Positions 30,432 through 40,679 of a DNA stretch of 64,000 bases are shown in pieces. The notes under the pieces were generated by a model. That model had not been told where the DNA came from, searched no databases, and saw nothing but the letters and a program-made list of their open reading frames with translations. The stretch is from Vulcanimicrobiota bacterium (GTDB lineage: Bacteria > Vulcanimicrobiota > Vulcanimicrobiia > Vulcanimicrobiales > Vulcanimicrobiaceae), in assembly GCA_963795855.1 (NCBI GenBank), contig CAWCIZ010000001.1:128001-192000 (forward strand), given 5' to 3'. The first letter of the stretch is position 1. The number at the start of each line of letters is the position of its first letter. The position numbers and the translations under genes are program-made.

Positions 30432-31005
30432 GCGATTTACGCGCCGCTTTACGTTTCGACCACTATACGTCGGGGTCTGGCTATGGCAATTGGGGCAAAG
30501 CATGCGCAAGTTTTCAAGGCGATGATCGTTCCGAATGCCGTTGACGTGATCGAGATGCATAACTAGCGGTTCCCCAAGCCATTCGGTCACTCCGCCAAAC
30601 TTCGCAGCGATTCTCCAGCACTCCGGCGCGCAAAAGCCGCAATTTAACGTTGCGCCGGCTACCGCCCTGACTAAGCAGCTGATCGAGCGGCACTCCGGAT
30701 GGGCGCGTCTTTATTTCTCCACGCTGGCGCGCCTCGTGCCAAGACATCGAGTTAAAGCCAAATTTCGCTGCAGTGCTCGATACGAAGTGTCCCTCATCGT
30801 AATACGTCTGCACCGCCGCCCAATCGTAGCGCCGCCGACGATCGTCGCAAAGCCGGCGTCGGAGCGGTCCGCGTAGTCTCCACGCTTGATGGCCTTCACC
30901 CAAGCCGTGTGCGTAAAACCGAACTCGCCGCTGACATTCCGCAAATCCGTGTCCCTCATCGTGATACCGCTGAATCGCCGCCCAATCGTGCACCCGCCTG
31001 CCCAT
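30405..31005 (-). CDS. HNH endonuclease with two N-terminal 54-aa repeats (frameshifted)
   Basis: LDHVNGIRNDHRLENLRMLCPNCH HNH/zinc motif; repeats DWAAIQRYHDEGH and DWAAVQTYYDEGH. Confidence 0.85.
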
Positions 31006-31011
31006 ACTAAT

Positions 31012-31032
31012 ATTATATCGAACATGCGTTCG
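31012..31032 (-). promoter_or_regulatory. LexA (SOS) box CGAAC-N4-GTTCG adjacent to a TATAAT -10 box
   Basis: CGAACATGCGTTCG at 31019-31032; TATAAT 31017-31012, 6 nt before the ATG. Confidence 0.75.
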
Positions 31033-31186
31033 GTGTCTGTAGACAAGTTGTTGCCGCGATATTGCCGCAACACCACGACCCAGCAACCGTCCCCTAGCGT
31101 TTTTGTGCTCGCCGTGAAGGGAATACCCACGATGTGAGGCGCAAGACGCCTCCTTGTTTCCATTTTCCACCCGAGGGAGACGGCTC

Positions 31187-32270
31187 GTGCAGGCAATCGT
31201 GTTGGTCGGCGGTGAGGGAACGCGGCTTCGCCCGCTCACGTTCGGTACGCCGAAACCGATGGTGCCGATCATGAACGTGCCGTTTCTGGCGCGCACGCTC
31301 GAACGGTTGTACGATGCCGCCATTCGCGACGTCATTCTGCCCGCCGGCTACATGCCGCAGGCGATTACCGAATACTTCGGCGATGGTTCCGACTTCGGGA
31401 TGAAAATCACGTACGTCATCGAGGACGAGCCGCTCGGCACGGCCGGTGCCATCAAAAACGTCGAACAATACATCAACGGGCCGTTCTTCGTGCTCAATGG
31501 GGACGTGCTGACCAGCCTCGATCTCGAAGCGATGATCCGCTGCCATGAATCCAAAGGCGGATTGGGCGTACTGCATTTGATTCGAGCCGAAGATCCGTCG
31601 GCATTCGGCTGCGTCGTGCACGATGAAAACGGCCGCATCTCGCAGTTCGTCGAGAAACCGCCCAAAGGCACCGAGCCGACGAACGAAGTCAACGCCGGTA
31701 CGTACTTGCTCGAAAAGGCGGTGCTCGACCTCATTCCGCCGGGGCGTAACGTTTCGATCGAACGCGAAACGTTTCCGAAAATCCTCGCGGACGATCACGC
31801 GCTCTACGCGTATACGACGAACGATTATTGGATCGATCTGGGACGTCCGGAGCATTACCTGAACGCGCATCGCGACATTCTTTCCGGTGCAATGCCGCTG
31901 AAAATGGAACCCGGCGTGAACGGGCCCGGCTCGAGCACCGTTCATCCCGAAAACGTCATCGCGCCGGTGCACGTCGGCAACGGTGTCGAGATCGATCCGT
32001 CGGCCAAAGTCGGACCGAACGTCGTGCTGGGTCATGGATGCAAAATTGGTCCGCGTGCGCGCTTGACGGACTGCGTGTTATGGGACGCCGTAATCGTTGA
32101 AGACGGCGCGACAATCGACGAATCGATCGTCGCGAGCGGTGCGCGCATCGGCGTCGCGTGCAGTCGTCAGCCGCGGAAGCGTCATCGGTCACGACGCGGT
32201 CATCGAAGCAAACACTGTGCTGCCCGAAGGGGCTCGCGTCGGGCCTACGGCGCCTATCGCCGCGCGATAA
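31187..32270 (+). CDS. NDP-sugar pyrophosphorylase (mannose-1-phosphate guanylyltransferase-like; frameshift near 32155)
   Basis: LVGGEGTRLRPLT, PKPMVP, EPLGTAGA, FVEKP, WIDLGRP, hexapeptide repeats. Confidence 0.9.
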
Positions 32271-32452
32271 TAGTCAAGCGGGCGCAACCCTCGGTCGTTA
32301 TGCAAGGTTTATCCTTTAAGCCGCGACGGGTATAAAATGCTCGTCCGTTGCAGGGGGGTAGCCGCCAGCTTAGCCCGCTTGCTTGTGTAAAATTCTCTCC
32401 CGGCTGGCGTTTGGAGATCTTGGTGACAGGCAGACCCTCAGACACGCTCGCC

Positions 32453-33625
32453 GTGGTCTCTGTTCCGCGCACGCTGTTTTTGGGTTCGTTCCCGCCGCGC
32501 GAATGCGGAATTGCGACCTTTACGAAGGACGTGGTCGACTCGTTCGATCGCGCGTTTCATACCAGCAGCGAGATTATCGCGATCGACGAACCGGGCGGCG
32601 AAGTACGCGCCTACGGCCCGGAAGTCGTCGCGCGCCTGAGGCAAAACGCGCGCGAGTCGTATGCAGACGTCGCGGCAATCCTCAACGCGCATCCCGCGAG
32701 CGTGCTGAACATTCAGCACGAATACGGCTTGTTCGGTGGGGAGCGCGGCGAGTGGCTGATCGATTTGATGCGCGCGACCGAGAAGCCGGTCGTTCTGACG
32801 CTGCATACCGTGCTGCCGGAACCCGACGAAGTGATGCTGCGCGTAACGCGCGATCTTTGCCGTTTCGCAAGCAGCGTCGTGGTTCTGTCTGAAACCGGTC
32901 GCGATTTACTGAGCAACGTCTACCGCGTCGACACGACGCGCTTGCGCGTGATTCATCACGGCGTGCCGGATGTCGCGTTCCGCGAAACCGGGCCGTTCAA
33001 AGCCTCGTTCGGCATCGGCGAGCGCATGGTCATTTCCACGTTCGGCCTCATCAATCGCGGCAAAGGTTTGGAATTCGCGATCGACGCGATGCGCGACGTC
33101 GTGAAACGCCACCCCGAAGCGCTGTATCTCATTCTGGGCGAAACGCATCCGGTCGTGCGCCGGCAGGAAGGGGAGTCGTATCGCGAATCGCTGCAGCAGC
33201 TCGTGCGGCAGTATGGTCTGCAGCACAACGTGCAGTTGATCGACAAGTATCTGGATTTCGACGAACTGGTCAGTTACCTCGAAGCAACGGACATTTACCT
33301 CACCCCGTATTTGAACCCGACGCAAATCGTCAGCGGCACGCTCGCTTATGCGGTGGGCTGCGGCAAGGCGATTGTGTCGACGCCGTATCTGTACGCGCAG
33401 GAAGTGCTTGCGAATCATCGGGGCTTCTTGTGCAGCTTCCGCGACGCAAAATCGATCGCGCAGCTGGTGAGCGGCCTGCTCGACGATCCCGCGCTTCGCC
33501 GCGCCACCGAGCGCCGCGCGTACCGGTTCGGACGCCAGATGACATGGCCCCACGTGGCCGTTCAATACGGCAAACTGTTTGCGGAGCTGGCACCGCAAGA
33601 ATTGGAGCTGATCCATTCTGCCTGA
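32453..33625 (+). CDS. glycosyltransferase family 4
   Basis: PPRECGIATF, QHEYGLFGG, FGLINRGKG, SGTLAYA, STPY; start uncertain. Confidence 0.9.
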   Translation: MVSVPRTLFLGSFPPRECGIATFTKDVVDSFDRAFHTSSEIIAIDEPGGEVRAYGPEVVARLRQNARESYADVAAILNAHPASVLNIQHEYGLFGGERGEWLIDLMRATEKPVVLTLHTVLPEPDEVMLRVTRDLCRFASSVVVLSETGRDLLSNVYRVDTTRLRVIHHGVPDVAFRETGPFKASFGIGERMVISTFGLINRGKGLEFAIDAMRDVVKRHPEALYLILGETHPVVRRQEGESYRESLQQLVRQYGLQHNVQLIDKYLDFDELVSYLEATDIYLTPYLNPTQIVSGTLAYAVGCGKAIVSTPYLYAQEVLANHRGFLCSFRDAKSIAQLVSGLLDDPALRRATERRAYRFGRQMTWPHVAVQYGKLFAELAPQELELIHSA

Positions 33626-34665
33626 ACTCGATCACCTGATCGCACTCACCGACGACGTCGGTGTGATTCAGCACGCCGTCGAGGACGTGCCGAACCGCTC
33701 GACGGGCTATTGCACCGATGACGTGTCGCGCGCGTTCATGGTCGTGCTCGCAAAGCTCGACATCGATGCAAACGACGCGATGGCACAGCGCATGGCGGGC
33801 GTCTACCTCTCGTTCCTTCACGACGCGCAAATCGATGACGGCCGCTTCCATAACTTCATGAGTTACGAGCGCACATGGCTCGATGCGGTCGGTACGCACG
33901 ATTCGGTCGGGCGCGCACTGTGGTCGCTTGGTTACGGCATGCGTTACGCGCAGCGCGGCTCGTGGCGTCGCGTTGCGAAGAAACTTTTCGGCAAGGGCCT
34001 GCGCGCGATCGACTGGCTGCAATACCCGCGCGCGCAAGCGTATGCCGCAATCGGTCTGGCGCACGCGTGCGAAGCGACGATCGCCGACGGCGATATCGCG
34101 CAGTACCGCGCGCTATTGCGCGGCCTCGCAGATCAGCTGCAGCGAGCGCTATCGCGACGTGCGTTCCGCCGACTGGCAGTGGTTCGAGAACGTGATGACT
34201 TACGACAACGCGCGGTTATCCGAAGCCGTGCTGCGTGCCGGTTTGACGCTCGCTGACGACGAGCTGCTTGCCGTCGGCTTGCGCACGTTCGAATTCTATA
34301 AAAAGGTCACTCTCGAAGACGGCGTATTCGTCCCGATCGGCAACGATGGCTGGTATCACCGCGGCGGAAATCGCCCGCGCTATTGCCAGCAGCCGCTCGA
34401 GGCAGTCTCGCTGGTTGATGCCGCGCTCGTGGCACTAGATGCGACCGGCGATCCCGCATATCGCGCGACGGCTGAAATCGGGCTGGATTGGTATCACGGC
34501 CGCAATACGCGCGGCATCGTGATGGCGCGGAACGGCGGCTGCTTGGACGGGTTGAATGAAACCTCCGTAAACATGAACATGGGCGCCGAGTCGACGCTCG
34601 CGTATTTGGCGGCCGCATACGCGCTCGCGGCACGCCCTGCGAAAGCCCTTACGCTTGCGCGCTAG
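33618..34665 (+). CDS. glycoside hydrolase-like partner domain of the GT4 (frameshift near 34145; possibly fused to the upstream gene)
   Basis: GYCTDDVSRA, GRFHNF, WFENVMTYDNARL, QQPLEA, NMGAESTL. Confidence 0.75.
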
Positions 34666-34680
34666 CACGTAGGATTACGA

Positions 34681-34718
34681 CAAATATCGCCCTCTGCACG
34701 TCCAGGGGGCGATATTTG
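34681..34718. repeat. 16-bp inverted repeat (terminator or REP-like hairpin)
   Basis: CAAATATCGCCCTCTG-N6-CAGGGGGCGATATTTG, one G-T pair. Confidence 0.6.
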
Positions 34719-34741
34719 CTCTCATGGCGAAGTAACGCGGG

Positions 34742-36898
34742 ATGATCTTGGAGACCGAAACCCTTAACGACGTGCAAGCCGCCGCCGTTCGCCATGCGAA
34801 TGGACCCTGTCTGATTTTCGCAGGTGCGGGCAGCGGCAAGACGCGCGTGCTCACGCATCGCATCGCGTATTTGCTCGGCGAACTCGACGTTGCGCCCGAT
34901 CGTATCTTGGCCGTGACGTTCACGAACAAAGCCGCCGGCGAGATGAAATCGCGCCTGGAACGCATGGTGGGCGCGCAAGCGCGCGACCTGTGGGTCGGGA
35001 CGTTTCATTCGATGTGCGTCCGCATGCTGCGCCGCGACGGCGCGCGCGCAGGCATCTCCTCAAATTTCGCAATTATCGACGATACCGATCAGCGCAGCCT
35101 CGTCAAGGACATCATCGCGGATCTCGATTATGACGAGCGGCAGCTCACGCCCGGCGCATGCCTTGCGGAAATCAGCAAATCGAAGAACGCCCTGGTTTGG
35201 CCCGAGCAGTACCACGAGAAGAACACGTCCTTCCTCGGGGAGCGTTTCGGCAACGTTTACGCTGAGTACCAGCGCCGGCTCGCGGAGTCGAACAGTCTGG
35301 ACTTCGACGACCTGATCGTGCGCACGATCGACCTCTTCGAAAAAGACGAGGCGACGCGCACGAAGTGGCAGAAGAAATTCCAGTACATCCTGGTCGACGA
35401 ATATCAGGACGTCAACTTCGCGCAGTACCGGCTCATCGCACTGCTCGGCGAGAAGCACAAGAACGTCACGGTCGTCGGCGACGACGATCAGTCGATTTAC
35501 TCGTGGCGCGGCAGCGACTATCGCATGATCCTGCGCTTCGAGCAAGACTTCCGCGGCGCCAAAGTTTTCACGCTCGAAGAAAACTACCGTAGCACGCAAA
35601 CGATCCTGGACGCGGCGAATGCGCTCGTTTCCAACAACAAGCACCGCCAGGCGAAGAAACTCTTCACCAGCCGCGCGGAAGGCGAAAAAATCACGGCGTT
35701 CGGCGCGGATACCGAACGCTCCGAAGCGCGTTACGTGGTCGAGAAAGTCAAGGAACTCGTTCGTGAAGGCGCCGCTTACCGCGACTTCCTGGTGCTGTAC
35801 CGGACGAACGCGCAGTCGCGCGTGTTCGAGGAAGCGCTCATCGCCGAAGGCATTCCGTACCGCGTCGTCGGCGGCGTGGGCTTCTATGCGCGCACGGAAA
35901 TCAAAGACGTCATCGCCTACCTGCGTTACGTCGAAAATCCGTCGGACGCGCTGGCGTTCAAGCGCATCGTGAACGTTCCGCGACGCAGCATCGGTCAGCA
36001 GACGCTCGCGAGTCTCGTGACTGCCGCCAATCAGTCGCGCATGTCGGTCGGCGAAGCGATCTTCGACAAGGAACTGCTCAAGCGCGCGGTGCCGAAGAAA
36101 ACCAAAGAACTCGAACGGTTCGCGGAACTCATCGAGACCCTGCGCGCACGCGTCAAACAGTATTCCATAGCCGATCTGCTCATCGCCGTCATGGAAGAGT
36201 CCGGGTACGTGCGCGAGCTGCGCAACGAAGATACTGCCGATGCGCGCACGCGTCTGGAAAACCTTCAAGAACTCGTCGGCGTCGCGCGCGAATACCAGCA
36301 GAACGAACCGGAAGCGACACTCTCGTCGTTCCTCGCGAACATCGCGCTCATCAGCGATCTCGACGCGCTCGATCCGGAGTCGTCGTACGTCACGCTGATG
36401 ACGCTCCACGGCGCGAAGGGACTGGAGTTCTCGAACGTCTTTTTGACGGGTTTGGAAGAAGGCGTGTTTCCGCATTCGCGAGCGCTCGTCGACATGACGG
36501 AGCTCGAAGAAGAGCGCCGGCTCGCGTACGTCGGTGTGACGCGCGCGATGGACCGTCTCTACCTGTCCTATGCGGAGCGCCGCACGCTGTTCGGCAATAC
36601 GTTCGCGCATCCGAAATCGCGCTTCTTGGAAGAAATGCCCAACATCGAGATGCTCGGCGGCGTCGTACTTCCGCGTCCCGCCGGCGGGCGGTGGCGCGAA
36701 GTCTCGATCCACGAGACGGCAGGCGCCGGCATGTCGATGAACCTGAAGAAGGGCGACCGCGTGCGTCATCCCAAGTGGGGCGAGGGCACGATCGGTGACG
36801 TCGTCGGCGCGGGCGGAGACGGCTTGGTCACCATCGACTTCCCCAACGTCGGGCAGAAGATGGTCATGCTGAAATACGCCCCTCTAGAAAAAGTGTAG
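34742..36898 (+). CDS. pcrA: ATP-dependent DNA helicase PcrA/UvrD
   Basis: AGAGSGKT, VDEYQD, GDDDQSIY, NYRS, LHGAKGLEF, EEERRLAYVGVTRA, Tudor-like C-terminus. Confidence 0.95.
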   Translation: MILETETLNDVQAAAVRHANGPCLIFAGAGSGKTRVLTHRIAYLLGELDVAPDRILAVTFTNKAAGEMKSRLERMVGAQARDLWVGTFHSMCVRMLRRDGARAGISSNFAIIDDTDQRSLVKDIIADLDYDERQLTPGACLAEISKSKNALVWPEQYHEKNTSFLGERFGNVYAEYQRRLAESNSLDFDDLIVRTIDLFEKDEATRTKWQKKFQYILVDEYQDVNFAQYRLIALLGEKHKNVTVVGDDDQSIYSWRGSDYRMILRFEQDFRGAKVFTLEENYRSTQTILDAANALVSNNKHRQAKKLFTSRAEGEKITAFGADTERSEARYVVEKVKELVREGAAYRDFLVLYRTNAQSRVFEEALIAEGIPYRVVGGVGFYARTEIKDVIAYLRYVENPSDALAFKRIVNVPRRSIGQQTLASLVTAANQSRMSVGEAIFDKELLKRAVPKKTKELERFAELIETLRARVKQYSIADLLIAVMEESGYVRELRNEDTADARTRLENLQELVGVAREYQQNEPEATLSSFLANIALISDLDALDPESSYVTLMTLHGAKGLEFSNVFLTGLEEGVFPHSRALVDMTELEEERRLAYVGVTRAMDRLYLSYAERRTLFGNTFAHPKSRFLEEMPNIEMLGGVVLPRPAGGRWREVSIHETAGAGMSMNLKKGDRVRHPKWGEGTIGDVVGAGGDGLVTIDFPNVGQKMVMLKYAPLEKV

Positions 36899-36903
36899 AC
36901 TCC

Positions 36904-37623
36904 TTGAGAGTGGCCGTTTCCGGAGCGCTGGGACGCATGGGGCGGCTGGCGTGCGAAACGGTAAAATCCGCATCCGACCTTGCGTACGCCGGCGGCTTCG
37001 CGCGCACGCCCGTTCCCGAAGAACAGGTCGACGACGATCTCGGGCGCCTCATTGCAGAGCGCAAACCCGACGTCCTCGTCGACTTTACCGCGCGGCCGGG
37101 CACGCAAGAAGTCGCAAGAACCGCGCTCGAACACGGCGTCTACCCGGTCATCGGCTCGAGCGAATGGAACGCCGACGAACGCGAAAATCTGGCAGCGCTG
37201 TGCGACGCCGTTTCCATGGGCGGGCTGCTCGTACCGAACTTTGCAATCGGCGCCGTGCTGATGATGCGCTTCGCCGAGCAGGCGGCCCGCTATTTTCCGA
37301 CCATCGAAATCGTCGAACTGCATCGCGCCGAAAAACGCGACAAGCCGAGCGGTACCGCGGCGGCAACCGCCGCGCGCATCAAGGCGAACGGCGGGCCGGC
37401 CGACGTGCCGATTCACAGCGTTCGCCTGCACGGCCTGCTCGCGCATCAGGAAGTGCTCTGCGGCAGTGCCGGGGAGCTGCTCACCATTCGGCACGACTCA
37501 CTCTCGCGCGACTCGTTCGCAGCCGGTATACTGTTTGCAATTCGGCACGTTCGCGGGTTGAAGGGCTTACACGTGGGCTTAGATTCTATTTTGAGCGGCG
37601 GCAGTCAAGGAGAGCGGCCGTGA
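36904..37623 (+). CDS. dapB: 4-hydroxy-tetrahydrodipicolinate reductase
   Basis: GALGRMG, PNFAIG, ELHRAEKRDKPSGTA, HDSLSR. Confidence 0.93.
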   Translation: MRVAVSGALGRMGRLACETVKSASDLAYAGGFARTPVPEEQVDDDLGRLIAERKPDVLVDFTARPGTQEVARTALEHGVYPVIGSSEWNADERENLAALCDAVSMGGLLVPNFAIGAVLMMRFAEQAARYFPTIEIVELHRAEKRDKPSGTAAATAARIKANGGPADVPIHSVRLHGLLAHQEVLCGSAGELLTIRHDSLSRDSFAAGILFAIRHVRGLKGLHVGLDSILSGGSQGERP

Positions 37624-38558
37624 AAGTCGCGGTGGTCGGCGCGACAGGCGTGGTCGGCGAAACGATTTTGCGCGTGCTCGAAGAGCGCCGCCTGGCGGTC
37701 GACGGGGTCGGACGTTTTGCATCGCGCACTCGCGGCGACGTGCGGGAAACGACCGCGGAAGCGCTGGTGCAATACGATGCCGTGTTTTTCGCGAGTTCCG
37801 AAGATGCGAGCGAGAAATACGCGCCGCCGCTGCTGCAGCGCGGCGCAGTCGTCATCGACAACAGCTCGACGTTCCGCATGCGCGACGACGTCCCGCTCAT
37901 CGTGCCGGAAGTCAACGCGCACGCGCTTCGTCCGGAGCATCGCCTGTTTCCGGTCGGTAATTGCACCGCGATTATCTTGTGCGTGGCTCTCGCGCCTATT
38001 CGCGATTGTGCAGGCCTCGCATCGGTTCACGTCGCGACGTATCAGGCGATCAGCGGTGCGGGCCGCGCAGCGCTCGAGGAATTCGATCGCGGTGAAGGCA
38101 GCGTCGTGCGCAACGTCGTTCCGCAGATCGGCGGTTTCGGCGAAGGCGGATACACCGGTGAGGAATTGAAGGTCGCCGCCGAAACGCGCAAGATTCTCGA
38201 ACTGCCGGATCTGCCCATTTTCGCGACGTCGGTGCGCGTCCCGGTGCGCACCGCGCATTCCGAAGCGGTCTTCTTTCACACCGCGCGCCGCACCGGCGTG
38301 ACGGAACTCGCCGCCGCGTTCGAACGCGCGCCCGGCATTGTGTTTCACGGCGATGGAATCGTGACGCCGCGCGACGTGGAAGGCACCGACGCCGTTCACG
38401 TTGCTCGGCTTCGCGCGTGCGAGGGCGATTCCGGTGCGGACGGCCGCTCGTTTCAGATGTGGATCGTCGGCGACCAGCTGCGCAAAGGCGCCGCGACGAA
38501 CGGCGTGCAGATTCTCGAACTGCTCCTCAGCCGCCGCGCAAAAGCGGAACAGCCGTGA
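37620..38558 (+). CDS. asd: aspartate-semialdehyde dehydrogenase
   Basis: VVGATGVVG, VIDNSSTFRM, NCT, YQAISGAG, DQLRKGAATN. Confidence 0.93.
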   Translation: MKVAVVGATGVVGETILRVLEERRLAVDGVGRFASRTRGDVRETTAEALVQYDAVFFASSEDASEKYAPPLLQRGAVVIDNSSTFRMRDDVPLIVPEVNAHALRPEHRLFPVGNCTAIILCVALAPIRDCAGLASVHVATYQAISGAGRAALEEFDRGEGSVVRNVVPQIGGFGEGGYTGEELKVAAETRKILELPDLPIFATSVRVPVRTAHSEAVFFHTARRTGVTELAAAFERAPGIVFHGDGIVTPRDVEGTDAVHVARLRACEGDSGADGRSFQMWIVGDQLRKGAATNGVQILELLLSRRAKAEQP

Positions 38559-39786
38559 ATATCGTCGTCTTGAAATTCGGCGGAACGTCCCTTGCGACGG
38601 CGCGAGTTGCGAGAGATCGCCGTTCAGCGGCTGCGCGACGAACTCGAGCGCGGCTGCGCGCCTGTGGCCGTCGTTTCCGCGATAGGGCGGGCGCCCGAGC
38701 CATATGCGACGGATTCGTTTCTTTCGCTGGTCGGCGGCCGCGGCGCCACGCGCAACGCGGACGTGCTGCTCTCGTGCGCCGAGTTGATTTCCGCGGCGAT
38801 TTTTGCCGACACGCTCGAAGCGCAGGGCCTGCAGGCGTTTGCGCTGAGCGGCGCGCAAGCCGGCATCGTCACGACCGGAAAGCACGGCGACGCGAAGATC
38901 GTGCGCGTCGAAGCCGATCGCGTGCGCGAAATGTTGGAGTGCCGGCGCCATTCCGGTCGTCGCGGGCTTTCAAGGCGTAACGCAAGACGGCGAGGTGACG
39001 ACGCTCGGACGCGGCGGCAGCGACTTGACGGCGATCGCGCTCGGTCATGCACTCGGCGCCGTGCGAGTCGACATTTATACGGACGTAAGCGGCGCGATGA
39101 CGGGGGATCCTCGCCGCATCAGCGGAGCGCACACGATCGAACGCGCAAGTCTGGAAGAGATGACCGAACTCGCCGAGCACGGCGCGAAAGTCATGCACCA
39201 CAAGGCGGCGGACTTGGCTCAGCGCACCAATACGCCATACGCAATAAAGGGCCTCAGCACCGGACGCGGCACGCTGGTGGACGAAAACGTCGAACACGAG
39301 AAGCCCGTGACCGGCGTAACCACTTCGGGTCGCGTCACGTGGATTCGCGTGATTCGCGGGGATATCGAAGATCAGAAGCGTCGCATGGCGGTCGAACTCG
39401 AGATGTTTGGGCGCATCGCGGAAGCCGGTATCTCCATCGATCAGGTGACTATCAACCAAGCGGGTGTGATGTTCGTCGTAGAAGGAGACCGCGGCAGCGA
39501 GATACGCCAATTGCTCGGCGATCTCAATCTCGCGGTCCGCGTGCGCGAGGCCTGTTCGAAACTCTCCGTGGTCGGCGCCGCAATGCGCTACACGCCCGGC
39601 GTCATCACGGGTATCGTTCAGGCGCTTTCCGGCGCGAACGTCGAGATCATTCACTGCACGGACAGTAATATAACGGTTTCGATTCTCGTGCCGTCCGCCG
39701 ATGCGCACCGCGCCGAACAAGCCGTCCACGACAAGTTCCATCTGGAGGACGAAGCCGCGCTCAGCGGCCTGAAGGGAAGCGTTTGA
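38555..39786 (+). CDS. lysC: aspartate kinase (frameshifts near 38600 and 38940)
   Basis: [37 protein letters not shown] domains. Confidence 0.9.
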
Positions 39787-40677
39787 ATGAATCTCGGCAC
39801 GATCGTCACCGCCATGATTACGCCGTTCGACGACGGCGGCGAACTCGACGAACGTGAAGCAGCGCGGATCGCGTCATGGCTCGTCGATCGCGGCAACGAC
39901 GGATTGGTGGTCGCCGGTTCGACGGGCGAGGGCCAGACGCTGAACGCGCACGAGCGAGCGACGCTGATCTCCGCCGTTAAAGAGGCGGTCGGCGAGCGCG
40001 CCGCCGTGATTGCCAATGCCGGAACGAACGACACGCGCGGCTCGGTCGAAGCGGTGCGCGAAGCGGAACGCGCCGGAGCCGACGCTATTCTCGCCGTCGT
40101 GCCGTATTACAACAAGCCGACGCAGCGCGGCATGATCGCGCACTTTCGCGCCGTCGCGCAGACGACGCCGCTGCCGGTCGTCGTCTACAACATTCCCGGA
40201 CGCACCGGCGCGAACATGTTCCCGGAAACGCTGCTGGAAGCCGCGCGCGCCGAGAAGAACATCGCCGGCGTGAAAGAATCCAGCGGCGATTTACTGCAAA
40301 TCGGAACGATACTGGCGGACCGCGCACCGGAGTTTCGTGTGTTCAGCGGCGATGATCATTTGTTTTTGCCCTGTTTGGCAATGGGCGCCGACGGCGTCGT
40401 CGGCGTCGCCTCGCATCTATGTTCGCCGCAGTATCGCGCGATGTACGACGCGTTCGCGTCCGGAAAGGTGCGTGAAGCAGCGCGCCTTCATCGCTCGCTG
40501 CTGCCGCTGATTCGCGCACTGTTTGCAACGACGAACCCGATTCCGGTGAAATGGGCGATGCGCCGTCTGGGGTTCAAAACCGGCGAATGCCGTTTGCCGC
40601 TCGACTCGATGCCCCACGCGCTCGCGGAACAGTTGCTCTCACTGCTCGAGCCGTACCGGACGCTGGTGACTCCCTAA
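39787..40677 (+). CDS. dapA: 4-hydroxy-tetrahydrodipicolinate synthase
   Basis: TAMITPF, GSTGE, PYYNKP, YNIPGRT, KESSG, NPIPVK. Confidence 0.96.
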   Translation: MNLGTIVTAMITPFDDGGELDEREAARIASWLVDRGNDGLVVAGSTGEGQTLNAHERATLISAVKEAVGERAAVIANAGTNDTRGSVEAVREAERAGADAILAVVPYYNKPTQRGMIAHFRAVAQTTPLPVVVYNIPGRTGANMFPETLLEAARAEKNIAGVKESSGDLLQIGTILADRAPEFRVFSGDDHLFLPCLAMGADGVVGVASHLCSPQYRAMYDAFASGKVREAARLHRSLLPLIRALFATTNPIPVKWAMRRLGFKTGECRLPLDSMPHALAEQLLSLLEPYRTLVTP

Positions 40678-40679
40678 GC

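Noticed and set aside
30182..30544. 120-aa plus-strand ORF over the tRNAs
   Set aside because: Spurious translation of the antisense of two tRNA genes.
35060..36769. Long antisense ORFs (for example 35060..36769, 41109..43517, 50226..51626)
   Set aside because: They are shadow frames of well-supported plus-strand genes, expected in GC-rich DNA.
6419..39786. Frameshifts in galT, GH35, ROK, DUF4239, the BTAD regulator, HExxH genes, HNH, NDP-sugar, GH-like gene and lysC as pseudogenes or programmed frameshifting
   Set aside because: They are scattered single-base indels that also hit a core biosynthetic gene (lysC), motifs stay intact on both sides, and no consistent slippery site is visible. 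Long-read assembly error is more likely, though real decay in accessory genes cannot be excluded without reads.
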